Positions 39,961-52,800 of a stretch of 64,000 nucleotides of DNA are shown here, piece after piece (within the stretch, counting starts at the first letter, position 1; every line of letters starts with the position of its first letter). The stretch is from Lama guanicoe (lineage: Eukaryota): the NCBI GenBank assembly GCA_013239625.1, contig MU053588.1, positions 3,004,799 to 3,068,798 of the forward strand. The letters are read 5' to 3'. Both the position numbers and the translations under genes were made by a program. Under the pieces are notes generated by a model, which was given only the letters and a program-made list of their open reading frames with translations, searched no databases and was not told the origin of the DNA.

Positions 39961-42114
39961 TTTTTTTAATAGTTTAACTTAGGCAGGTAAGAACAAAAAG
40001 GGATTAATTAGGAAAACTATATACAAGAGGTACTTTACAGAGTAATACAGACTTTTCATGTTGATTACTTTAACATGGTTTAATACCTGTGATTATTCTT
40101 CAGTCTTCAAAGTTTAAATTGTTCAGGTAGCCATAAGATCTGGAGACAAATATATATAATAAGTAGTTTATGTTCAATATGCTGTTGAATAATATGTTCA
40201 ATGATACGTTTGTTGCAATATGTTCAATGTGCTGTTCCTCTCTAGTGGTTCATAGTTCAATAAGCTGTGTAAATTTACATTGCACAATGTGCACTAAAGC
40301 AGCATTTCAATCAATCCTTGTACATCCATTTACAATGCATTGCCTCAAATGACTTGTGTGTCTAATTTTCACTGAATAAACTTGCAACTTTAGCATATCC
40401 TAAAAGAAGTGATCAATGGAGCTCAATATACTAAGAAATATATATTGTCTATGTTTCCAGACTTTGTGGTCACCTGTATTTTATTTTTTGTAAGATTCAT
40501 CTTCTGGAAGTCTTAATCATTTTTTTCTTTTTTTTAACTTTTATTGAGTAATAGTTATTTTACAATGTTGTGTCAAATTCTAGTATACAGCACAATTTTT
40601 CAGTTATATATGAACATATATATATTCAGTCACATTTTTTTCACTATATGCTACCACAAGATCTTGTTTATATTTTCCTGTGCTATACAGTATAATCTTG
40701 TTTATCTATTCTGCATTTTAAAATCCCAGTCTGTCCCTTCCCACCCCGCTGCCCCCCTGGCAACCACAAGTTTGTATTCTACGTCTATGAGTCTGTTTCT
40801 GTTTTGTATTTATGTTTTGTTTTGTTTTTAGATTCCTCATATAAGAGATCTCATATGGTATATTTCTTTCTCCTTCTGGCTTACTTCACTTAGAATGATA
40901 TTCTCCAGGAACATCCATGTTGCTGCTAATGGCATTATGTTGTCCGTTTTTATGGCTGGATAGTATTCCATTGTATAAATATACCACTTCTTCTTTACTC
41001 AGTCATCTGTTGATGGACATTTAAGCTGTTTCCATGTCTTGGCTATTGTAAATAGTGCTGCTATGAACATTGGGGTGCAGGTGTCATTTTGAAGTAGGGT
41101 TCCTTCTGGATTTATGCCCAGGAGTGGGATTCCTGGGTCATATGGTAAGTCTATTCCTAGTCTTTTGAGGAATCTCCATACTGTTTTCCACAATGGCTTT
41201 CCTTGCTTCCCTCTCCCACTCTCAATGAGTCTTAATCATTTTTGCTATTTATATTATGCCAAGAAAAAAATTAATACTAAGAATGAGATAATGGAAAAAC
41301 ACAAATAGATTTCTTTTGCTTTCAAGTAATTCCACACCAAAACATTTTGCTGAAATGATTTTAATCTACAGATTTAAAAGACTCTTTAAATGATACTCAG
41401 AATACATTATAAATTTGTTTTTAAAATAGATTTGAATTTTAAATAGAACTTACAATGATTTCAATAAATCAAGTGCTCCAGAACACAAATGTGGTGGTGC
41501 AACAATTATCCAAGGAGATAAAGAGGATAAAGATTTTCTTCAAATATGGAAAGAAATTAAATCTTTCTATAGTAGTAACCTCTAAGAGCTATTCTCCTTT
41601 ATAGACTACTATATTATTGTCAGTTTCATATACTTTTACATTATGAGAATCCCCATAGGAAGAAACTTCTGGAGGTTTTCCCACATATACACAGCGACAT
41701 TTTCTGTCATGCTTACATCTGCAAAGTATAGCAAATCCAGGTTCAGATTCTTATAATCAAGGGGCTTCATAATTGCCTCCTCCATACACTCTCTGAGATC
41801 AGTCGAATTCATAACCATTCCTATAACAGGATCAATCTTTATAATTGTGCCTATGGCCAGTTGGATTGTTGCATTTCCCGAAAAGTTTGAAGTTTTCTTC
41901 ATTACTCAGATATCTGCCATGGAGCCAATGGCTCCAGCTGAAGGAGACAAGGCAGGAAGCCCGCCCTGGAGGCAAGAACCCCCAGAGCTCATCTTTTTGC
42001 AGGCAGGGCACCCAGCCAAGGCCTCTTTATTCCACCTGACGCAGGGCTGGGGTGGGAGAGCCTCCCTCCACTGCTGTGCAGTGGGGGCGGTGCCCAGAAG
42101 AAGCCAAAACGAGC
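39961..42114 (-). pseudogene. PTS: Processed pseudogene of 6-pyruvoyltetrahydropterin synthase (CDS remnant 41992 to 41589)
   Basis: Intronless; MSSGG...[83 protein letters not shown]. Has frameshifts, poly-T at 39958-39967 and a possible short TSD ACTTT. Confidence 0.92.
40525..41227 (-). mobile_element. L1 3' fragment inserted in the 3' UTR of the PTS retrocopy
   Basis: ORF2 C-terminus ([20 protein letters not shown]) and 3' UTR; 16-bp TSD AGTCTTAATCATTTTT at 40509-40524 and 41228-41243. Confidence 0.9.
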
Positions 42115-45100
42115 ACTTTGAACACACCAATCATTAGTAGTGAAACTGAATTTATAAAAACAAAAACAAAACACTCCCAGCAAATAAAAGTCCAGGAGCA
42201 GTCGGCTTCACAGGGGAATTCCACTAAACATACAAAGAAGAGCTAATACCATCCTTCTAAAACTAAAAAAGGAAACAGAACAATCCCAGAATCATTCTAT
42301 GAGACCACCATTAGCCTGATACGAAAGCCAGCAAATACACTACAGAAAAAGAAAAAGGCCAACATCTTTTATAGAATATAGACTCAAACATTCTCACAAA
42401 ATATTAGCAAACTGAATCCAATAATATATATAAAAAGGATCATACACCATGTTCAAGTTAGATTTATTCCAGGGATACAAGTCTGTTTCAATATAAATTA
42501 ATCAATGTGATAACACCATGTTAACTAAAGGAAGGATTAAAATCACATATCACATGATCATCTCAGTAGATGCAGAAAAATCATTTGACAAAATTCAGTA
42601 CCCCTTCATGATAAAATGCTCATTGAGGGAATATATCTCAACATAATGAAGGTCATTTATGACAAACCCACAGCTAACATCACACTCAAAGGTCAAAAGC
42701 TGAAAGCCTTTCCTCTAAATTTAGGAAAAAGACAAGAATGCCCACTTCTTGCAACTTCTATTTAACATAGTGTTGGAAGTCCTAGTCACAGCAATCAGAC
42801 AAGAAAAAGGAACAAAGGGCAGCCAAATTGGAAGGGAAGAATTAAAGCTGTCTCTATTTGCAGATGACATGATACTTTATATAAAAAATTCTAAAGTCTC
42901 CACCAGAAAACTATTAGAACTAATGATGAATGAATTCAGCAAAGTTGCAGGATTACAATCTGTTGCTTTTCTACACACTAATAAAGAGCTATCAGAAAGG
43001 GAAAGGAAAAAAATCCCACTTAAAATTGCATCAGAAAGAATAAAATGCCAAGGAATAAACTTAACCAAGGAGGTAAAAGGTCTATACTCTGAAAACTATG
43101 AAACAATGATGAAGGAAATTAAAATGATACAAAAAATGGAAAGATATCCTGTGGTATTGGATTGAGAGAATTAATATTGTTAAAATGGCCATCCTGCCGA
43201 AAGCAATCTACAGATTTATCAAAATACCCATGACATTTTCCACTTAGCCTGAACAAATAATCCTAAAATTCATATGGAACCACAAAAGACCCTAAATTGC
43301 CAAAGCAATTTTGAGAAAAAAGAACAAAGCTGGAGGTATCACCCTCCTAGACTTCAGGTTATACTACAAAGCTACAGTAATCAAAACAGCATGGTACTGG
43401 CACAAAAATAGAGACATAGATCAATGGAACAGAACGGAGTCCAGAAGTAAACCCATGCATCTATGGTCAATTAATCTATGACAAGGGAGGTGAGGCTATA
43501 CAACGGACAAAAGGCAGTCTCTTCAATAGGTGGTACTGGGAAACTGGACATCTACATGTAAAATAATGAGATTAGAATATTTCCTCACACGTTTCATAAA
43601 AATAAACTCAAAATGGACTAAAGACCTAAATGTAAAATCTGAAGCCATAAGACTCCTGGAAGAGAACATAGGCAGAACACTCTCTGACATAAATCACAGT
43701 AAATTTTTTTTTTGGATCTGTCATATAAGGCAAATGAAATAGAAGCAAAAATAAACAAATGAGACCTTACTAAACTTAAAAGCTCTGCAAAACAAAGGAA
43801 ACCATCAATGAAATGAAAAGACAACCAACAGAATGGGAGAAAATACTTGCCAATGATACGAATTACAAGAGGTTAACATCCAAAATACATAAATAGTTCA
43901 TACAACTCAGTATCAAAAAGAAAAACAACCCAATCAAAAAAGGAGCAGAAGACACAAATATACATTTTTTTCCAAAGAAGACAAACAGATGGCTAATAGG
44001 CACATGAAAATATATTCGATTTCACTAATTATTGGAGAAATGCAAATCAAAACCACAATGAGATATCATCCCACACCAGTCAAAAAGTCTACAATTAACA
44101 AATATTGGCAAGGATGTGGAGAAAACCCTTGTACACTGTTGGTAGGAATGTGAATTGGTACAGGCACCGTGGAAAACAGCACGGAAGTTCTTCAAAAAAC
44201 TAAAAGTAGAACTATTATATGATACAGCAATTCCATTCCTGGATATACCTGGAAAAAATGAAAATGCTAATTTGAAAAGACACATGCACCCCAATGTTCA
44301 TAGCGGCACTATTTATAATAGCCAAGATATGGACGCAGTCTAAGTGTCCATCAATAGAAGAATGGACGCAGAAGATGTGATGTGTACATACACAATGTAA
44401 TGTTACTGAACCATAAAAAGGAGATTCTGCCATATGCAGCAACATGGATGGCCCCAGAGAATACTATGCTTAGTGAAACATGTCAGACAAATACTACATG
44501 ATGTCACTTACATGTGGAATCTAAAATTAACACAAACAAAGGTATATAGCAAAACAAAAACAGACTCAACAATACAGAAAGCAAACTAGTGGTCACCGGA
44601 AGGAAGAGGGAAGTGGGGAGGAGCACATTAGCGGTATGAGATTAAGAGATACAAACTACTATGTATAAAACAGATGAGCTACAAGGATATATTGTATAGC
44701 ACAGGAAATTAGAGCAATTATCTTATAATAACTTTTAATGGAGTGTAATTTGTAAAAGTACAAAATCATTATGCTGTACACCTGAAACTAATATAATATT
44801 GTAAATCAACTATACTTCAATTTAAAAAATTAAAGTGTATGAGGAAAATTGAAAGCCATTTGCATAAGGGTAGGTGGTAAAGGGAACACAGAGCTTCCCT
44901 ATCTCCCCAGTAGGACTTTCTAAGAACCCACCTCTGGCCCAGAACCTTTCTGAAACAGTTTCAGTTCAGCTGTTAAATATTTCTGAGAAGTAACTTACTT
45001 CCCATTCTGCCAAATTCTCCTACCTCCTAAAGTTCCTCTCCTTCTCAGGCCTTCAATATACCCAATTACCCCTGTTACACTATAGATTTAAATCGCTTCT

Positions 45101-45277
45101 GAGGTGGAATCACCACCTAATCAACATTTACAATATATTTCATGAAATATATTTCAAATTCAAAACAATTAATTTCAAATTCATGAAACAAATTTCTATC
45201 TCTATGTAACATGCACAGTGATAAGTCCTGTGGGGAAAATGAATTAAAAACCATACTTCCTGCACTAAAGGACCCAC

Positions 45278-45743
45278 TGTTATCCACCCAGGTTCGTAGA
45301 CTCTATCAATAGAAATTGATAAGAGGCCAGACGAGAAATTCAGGCAAGGCTTTATTGGGGCTCCTATGCAGGAGCAAGAACAAGTAACAGGTTCCCTTGC
45401 ACACTCCCTGAGGAGGGGCAAGTGGGTTCTTAAATGGAGTGAAGGTAGGGGAAGCCCCACGGGTGGGGCTGGAGGGGTGGCTTGGGTGATCTGCCCACCC
45501 CCTTGGTGGTGCTGTGTGCAGGGATCATGAGCAGTAACCTGCTTTTGCTCCCAGTACCTTAGAGTGGCAGTTGGGTTTCGGTCTTTTTGTGTCTCATTGT
45601 TGATAATTTGCTCCAACTGCACATGTGAGCAGTTATTTTTGGTCCCTTATAGCTTCTTTGTATTCTGTTGCTCAGAGAAGACGCTTGTCCAGGTGCAAGC
45701 ACTGCAGCAAAGGGTCCCAAGTCTCAGGTCGCAGTCTGTCTCA
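45278..45743 (-). mobile_element. Solo LTR (ERV1-like)
   Basis: TG...CA ends and a minus-strand AATAAA at ~45351; no clear TSD, so the ends are uncertain. Confidence 0.6.
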
Positions 45744-46313
45744 TGTCTGCTTTGGAATGAAGACACGTCACAAGATGAACGATGTCTTTGGAAATATCTT
45801 GAGAAGGACCATGTAAAATATATTTTCAAGGTCAGTTCTAACCTACAAAGCAATTTTGCCTTGTTTGTGACCACAGGAAAAAGGGTACCCACCTACATTC
45901 AAATTGGGACTCAGCAGCTGCTAGCAGAAGCTACAGCAGTGGAGCTAACCAGTAAGAAACGAGCACTTCCCCGTGTCAGCCACCCTGTCAGGCTTGGGAG
46001 ATACATACAAAGAGGAGCGAGCTATCTAAGAGGCGTGTATTAAGTGCCTCCTGTTTACCAGGTGCTATGGCAGGGACTGGAGACCTAGTCCCTAAAAATA
46101 GAAAAGAGTATCCTGGAGAGGAAGGAAGCAGCAATCACAGCTAACTCAGCCTATCCTATTCCTGGGGCTTCCCTGGCTAAATTGCCCCAGCTTTAGCTCA
46201 TTTTCCCGAGCCCATTCACTCTGTTCTCCATTTTGATATTCAGAGTGATCTCCCTAAGTCACAAATCTGACTACGTCAATGCCTAAAATCTCCATCACCT
46301 TGAGGATAAAATC

Positions 46314-46824
46314 TGTTGATGAAAATAATCAATGAACAACCAATAATAAGAATAGAAGAGTTTTATTTGAGCCAAACTGAGGACTAGCCTGGAAGCCGGC
46401 TTCCCAAGTTGCTCTGAGAAACTGCTCCAGAGAAGCAGGGTTTTAGTACAGTTTTATATGTTGTCAGCACAAAGAACACTGAACAAGTCAGGGATCCATT
46501 TCTTCATGGTTTCAAAAAAACAAAAACAAAACAGACCAGCACATACACATACAGTACAGCCTTGGCACCTGAGAATGGAGTCTTAGCGTCAAAGGAGTAC
46601 CAGCATTGGCGTCCAAGGAAGAGTGACATTTAATCTTTATTTTTAATGTGGACATTCTTTACTCCTGGTCACTGCACCCTTTTCTTTAATAATTAGAGCA
46701 GATATACAATGTACGTTTGATAGGTCACAAACAGGCTGTTTTAGTTAGCATAAAATTCAAGTTAACTCACGTATAAGCCAGAATGACATCCCTATACCTC
46801 AATATGTGAAAATTTCTTTCATCA
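46314..46824 (-). mobile_element. Solo LTR (ERV1-like) with 4-bp TSD
   Basis: TGTTGA...TCATCA termini; AATC on both flanks; minus-strand AATAAA near 46362. Confidence 0.8.
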
Positions 46825-49800
46825 AATCCAAAACTTACACCCAGCATGCCAGGCTTTTCATAATCCGTTCCTTGCTTATTTTCAACCATTATCCCTCTGT
46901 GCTCTGTTACGACATATTCACTACCTGCATTCCCTGAAAAGAGGTACTTGCTCACATCACTGACTTTACACATGTTGTTGCCTCTGCCTGAAAGGCCCTT
47001 CCCTCATTTTTCACTTCCCCTTTAGAATTTAGCTCTTGAAAAAAGAAAAAGTGGGGCGGGGAGCCTTCTCTGACTGGTCTCAACACCTCCACACTTATCC
47101 CAGGATGATTTGGAAGGCCTTCCTCTGTGCTCCTGTAACACCTCATCTGTCCCTCAATCACAATACTCTGTTCTGTAATTGTCTGTTTATTGACTCTCTC
47201 TCTCTCACAAGACTATGAGCATCTTAAGGGCCACTAAACTTAGTTTTTATTCCCATTAGTATGCCTAGGACCTTACATAATGCTTTGTATCTAGTAGGCA
47301 TTCAGGAAACTAAATACTTATTAAGGGATTGATTGAATGAATGAATGAGAAGTACCAAGCATTGGCCAGAATCCAAGTGTGAGACACATGGGAAAATCTT
47401 CAATTTAATAAGTAGTCATTGGGTACCTATAACGTAAGTAGTATCTTGCCAGATACTTTAAAAATCAGAAACAAAGATGTAGTTTCTATCCTTAGGCTGC
47501 TTTCAGAAGAGGGTAAGTAAATATGTACTCAGATAGGGAACAAGGCATAAGGACAATGCAACAGGTGCTGTTAAAGTTATAAAAAAAAAAAAAGGGCTTT
47601 GGGATGGCCATGGGACCACCACCTGTTTCCTAGAGTTGCTCTTTCAACTGCCCTAGTTACGCTGTATAGGTAAGAATGAATCTTTTCTACTCAGTTCAGC
47701 CAAGTCTGACTAACTTTTCAGTAGGAACTAAGAACAGGAACAACAACAACAAAAAGTACAAAATAATTCTTTTTAAAGACAGAAACTGTCAGTCAGCCAA
47801 GTATAACTGAAGTGTAGCCAGAGAATTCTCTTGGCTATCTCATGCTTTGCCTGAACTTCCTTGGAAAACAGATCCAGCTCCTTAAGCCCCTGACCAGTTC
47901 CCAGGGGTTTGGCCTGCCTGACTTTCCCTTCCCTTTCACTAATCCCTGGGCAGTGCTGAATGTAAACTCTGCAGGTCCTGATCACCGTGGGGAGGACAGC
48001 CGTGCTCCCTGTTCTCTAGGGCTCTACTCCTGAACTTTAGTCTGACCTGAGCCTACCTGGCAGCGGCCTCCTTTGATCCACCCAGAAATCACTCTCATTT
48101 TGAGACTCTAGAATTTCTTCTGCTGCCCGAAACTCATCTTTTCTCTCTTTCTTTTTTATTAAAAAAAACAAAAAACAAAAAACCTCTGTGGAATATATGC
48201 CTTAGCCTGATCTTTGTCAAGAATGTCTTAATATTTTTCACCAAGGGCAGCATTAGGGCCAGGCAGGTTCATCTTTCAGAGGTCTTCCTCGTGTCCATCC
48301 TTGCCAAAACAATAGGAAACAGCTTCTTTTCCTTCTTCAAAACCTCTTACCCAAACTCTTATAACGCCAGTGGGATTACAGATAATTCTAACTAGTTTTG
48401 CAAAACAATGTGGCAATATTTGTCAAGAGACCAAGTAACTCCTTTGACCAAATTATCTTTTCACTTTCAGAAATAGAGCTCAGGGAAATAACTAGAATGC
48501 AGAACAAACTTAATGGAAAAAGATGTTTATTGTAGCAATATTTAAAAGAGAAAAAAATTGGAAATAACCCAGATGTCCAACAGCAGGGAAATTATTAAGC
48601 ATGTTGTGAATCATTCATTAATATAAAGTTAATATCTTAACTTTCAAATGTTTGTTAAAATTTAAACAACATGAAAAAATTAATAACAAGCAAAAAGAAT
48701 CAGTATTCAAAGCTATATACATAATATGATCTCAGTAAGCAGAAAAACAGGCAAAGAAAAGTTTAAAAATATTCATGTCTCCAGGTAGTGTGATTAGAAA
48801 AATATTTAACTTTACAAAATTTCTGTAATAAACATGCATTGCTTTCACAATCAGCAAAAAATGTATTTTTTCTTAAATATATGCCCTCTTGTGGACTCAA
48901 GTTAGTATAGTACCTGTTGCATATTGGGCACTTAAAAATACGTGGTGAATTAATTAATAAACGAAAGAAGTGAGCTCCTATTTGCTGCCTGAGGAACACG
49001 GCGCAGGGAAAGGTAACTGCACGCAGAAATGAGGAGGCCTAGCTTTGAGACACTGAGAAATTATGTCCTTTCCTCATCGAGAAAATGGAAGGAGCACCTG
49101 CCTAACCCCCTCAGGGGACTCTGGTGTGAAGCAAAGGAGATAATGCCTGTGACATTTATTTTGTAAATTGAAAAACTCTACACAACAACTAAAGACAAAC
49201 AATAAGGGACTGCTGTTATTTTTGCCCTTCTCAGTTTACTGCAGAACGGGAATGATATAAACCTGAAGCCCACAGAACAACCACTCCTCTCTCAAAATAG
49301 TTTACCAGTTTCCCCACTTCTCCAGGTGCCCCAAGAGTAGGTGTCTCCTGGGGTGGCATCTTGCAGAACTCAAATTGTTATAATGTCAAAGTACCTGAAA
49401 CATACAATAAAGACCTTCCCTACCTACATCTGGAGTCTCTTTCAAGAGACAAAAACAAGCTTCATGCCCGATATAGTGCTGGCTTCCTAAAGAATACGTC
49501 TAGAATACCTCTACCTCCACTTTCTCCCTTCCAGCCAGTTCTGCACTTTATCATCAAAATAATGTATCTTTGAATCATGGACTCCTTTACAGTCATATGG
49601 TCCAGACTCCTTACTTTAAAGATGAGGGATCTAAGGCCCCGAAAGTTAACGTCAAAAGAATAAGTCACTGAATCAAGAACCTAATACTGTCATTGCCATC
49701 CTAAAAAGCCTTCAGATAAATTCCAAACCCCTTAACGTAACATTCAAAGCCCTTCACACCCTACCCCACCTACCTACTGAAACTGTTCTCCCTCTAGTCT

Positions 49801-52800
49801 CCCCCACAAACCCTTGAATCCAATTGTTTCTTTCTCCATCCCTTGAACTTATGCTACATGGCATCATCTCAGATGTTTGCCTGTAATGTCCTTCTACCTT
49901 CTTTTCCACCATTTCCACATGGGAAGGTTCACTTGCTCAGGAAGGCTTCCCTGACCAGCTTCACACATAGGGCAGCTCTCCAACCTTTGAACTCCCAAAG
50001 CTCTCACTGTCTGTTGCACCTGTTGACCTGTGTTTAATTACATGTAGTCCTGACACTGCTATTTCTATGTTCACCTGTCTTATTACCTCTCCCTCCACCC
50101 AGACCAAAACCTCCTTAAGGGCAAGGATTGTACTTTATGTTTCTCCACATTCCCCCGTCACTGCACCTACCCATGACTAAGAACATTTACTGAGCACCTA
50201 CTCTATGGAAGCTGTTCTTTTAGGTACTTTGTGGAATGTTACTTCATTTGATCCTCACAATTTTCCCAAAAATGTGAAAACCAAGGCTCAGAGAAGATGA
50301 ATAAACCACCAAGGTCATACAACTAAAAAGTGATAGGAGCCATGAAGGGAATCCTAGTCTCCCCAGCCTCGAAAAGCCTTTAGTCATAAATTGTGCTGCC
50401 CCTAACCCACCAGGCACCTTGCAAGGGCAAGTGAGCCGGAACTGCTCACTGCTGACTGAGCTGGTCCCAGGGCCAGGCGGAGAGCCAAGGTACACGTGAC
50501 AAGAAACAGAGCAAGCTTGATACACCCCTCCTCTGAGCACACATCAGGTTTCCCTGGGTCCTGGCAGGGTCTCCTTAGCTCCCTGGCATTAACCCTTTAC
50601 CCTGTGCCAATCTAGGCAGCAGCCCCACTCTGTTTCACAGGTAGCTCATCTGGGAGCCCTGACCAAATGGGTAAGACAGCAGGAAATGAAAAGCCAAATT
50701 CCTCTGAAGGAGAGTCAGAAAAGTGATTCTTGAGCAATTGGGTCCCTGGGAGGGAGCCCTTCCTTATGGCCACCCAGTTTCAGCTCTTGTTTTCCTTTCG
50801 GGGCCTGTCAGGCAACTTTGGGATTGCAGGATGAGACTGTGCCAAAAGCTCTGTCTAACAGAGCAGGTTGGAAGAAGCCCTGACATTGGGTAAACCCCAG
50901 GTTGGCAGGAGGACCTGTGTCTCCCCTGCCTTGCCCTGACCCAGGGCCACATCTTCCACATGCCCACATAGAAGCAGGCTTCCTTGCTCTGGTGGTAACA
51001 GCTACCATTTATTCAGTGCCTACTGTGTGCCAAGCACTATGCCCGGGGCTTTAAATGTTCATCTCAATTAATTCTTGTTAATGTTCTGTGAACTCCACAA
51101 TCTACTGCAGCTGTTAAGGACACAGGATGTGGGATCCAACTGTCCAAAATCAGAATCCCAGCTTCACTACTTACACATTACATTAACTTGGACCTGCTAC
51201 TTAACTTTTCTGTGCCTCAACTTCTCAACTGAAAAAGGACAGATACCCTACTAATTAATTCCTAGAAACATACGAAGATTAACTCAATGAGGATAAAGTG
51301 CTTGGCTACTTTTAAAACAATTACGTGGGCATCATCTACATTTTACAGATGTAGCAAGTGAGTCTTAGAGAGCTTAAGTCACTTGCCAAGGTCACATAGT
51401 TAATGAAGGACAAAGCATGGATTTAGATCCACGTCTGGTCTACCTTACTCCAACGGCACATGGACATCTGATACATCCCAGTGCTTGAAGCCTCTCTGTC
51501 TCTCTCCCTGTCTCTGTCTCTAACTCTAAATCTAAATCTATCTCTTGCTAAACTGTACTTAGGGAGCAGCTGGTTGGTGAATGAGATACAATAGGACCCA
51601 GGTTTTACTTAAGTTCCCAGGGTCATCCTGGAGAAATAGAAATATGGGGATCCCAGAGACAACCCTAGGAAAGTGGGTCTGGAAAACTTTCACTCACCCT
51701 ACCCCCAGTGAAGTACATCAGGCTAAAGTGACTATCAAAGGCGGTATTAAAGGGGAAAAGAAGTCACACAAGGGTATCATGAAGTCTTAGCAGATGGGTT
51801 TTCAGCACAGAGGGGTGGTCTCACCTGAGTTGACTTGGGGCCTCAGTATGGTCAAGGGGATACGAGCTTAGTACGGGAGCGTCAAGGAAAAAAAAATGTG
51901 TTACAGTTGTTTTGAGCATTTTTGTGCATCTTTTTCTCTACCCAACGCTTAGCTACTGCCCAAACTCCTGGTCTGAATGGGTGAAGAACCTGTTTCTCCC
52001 TAGAGACAATTCCACAAGGCCTCAAACTTCCCTGACCTTTCACTGCTAATGTCCTTATAACATTGGCTAACAAACCCTGTTTCCAGGTCCCCAGGGAACA
52101 TACACTCATTCTCCATCTCTGGGAACTCTTGTGGCATGCTCTCGTATCTCGAGGAGCCAAGAGACAAGCTGAAGGACCATTGAGCTGCCATCCCCACCAC
52201 ATCACCTATCACAGCATTTCCTAAGGAGCCCACCTTCCTACTTGCTGTGGTCACTGCACTGCTGAAAAGGGGAGTTAGAAAGTGCAAGGAGCTGGGCTCC
52301 TGCTCCAGGAGAGCAGTCTCCTCCATCAGCTGCTCCAGCACCTGACCTCGCCTGTCTGGCTCCGAGAGTCCCCAAAGGCTTACTAGTGAGACACAGTTGG
52401 GTACTGTGGGAATTCGGTCCAGAAAGCTTTGTTCAAGAAAAGCCCAACTATTAGCTCCTGTGATCAGGGACTGAATTACATTTAGCTTTGAAGTTCAGCA
52501 CTTTGCAATTGGTAGGGAGGTGACAGTAAATGAAATTAAGTTGTTTTTACAGGTCAGACATCTGTGGCCTGCTTCCTGCTTCTAACCTTCCCAGAACAGG
52601 ATGATTCCTCTGTCACAGAGGCTCTCAAATCTCTGGGTCCCACCTCACAAATCCAAGAGTGGTGATGGCTAAATAATCAACACCTAATTTCTGAGAGCTG
52701 ATCTCAGGCTATTCAAGCAGGTCTGGTGTTTCATGCTCCACTCCGCACACCATCATACGTTACACACCCAAGAATAAAATAAAGTGAATTTCAGACTGGA

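Larger units (their letters stand above)
36446..44830 (+). mobile_element. L1 with both ends preserved (5' UTR, partial ORF1, disrupted ORF2, 3' UTR) hosting nested insertions
   Basis: ORF1 start at 37791; endonuclease ITLNVN at ~38680; LFADDMILY at ~42855; TSD AAAGTATGTGAGGA 36432-36445 vs AAAGTGTATGAGGA 44832-44845 (12/14). Confidence 0.9.

Noticed and set aside
41636..41902. Functional PTS gene
   Set aside because: Intronless, frameshifted, missing an internal segment and embedded in an L1.
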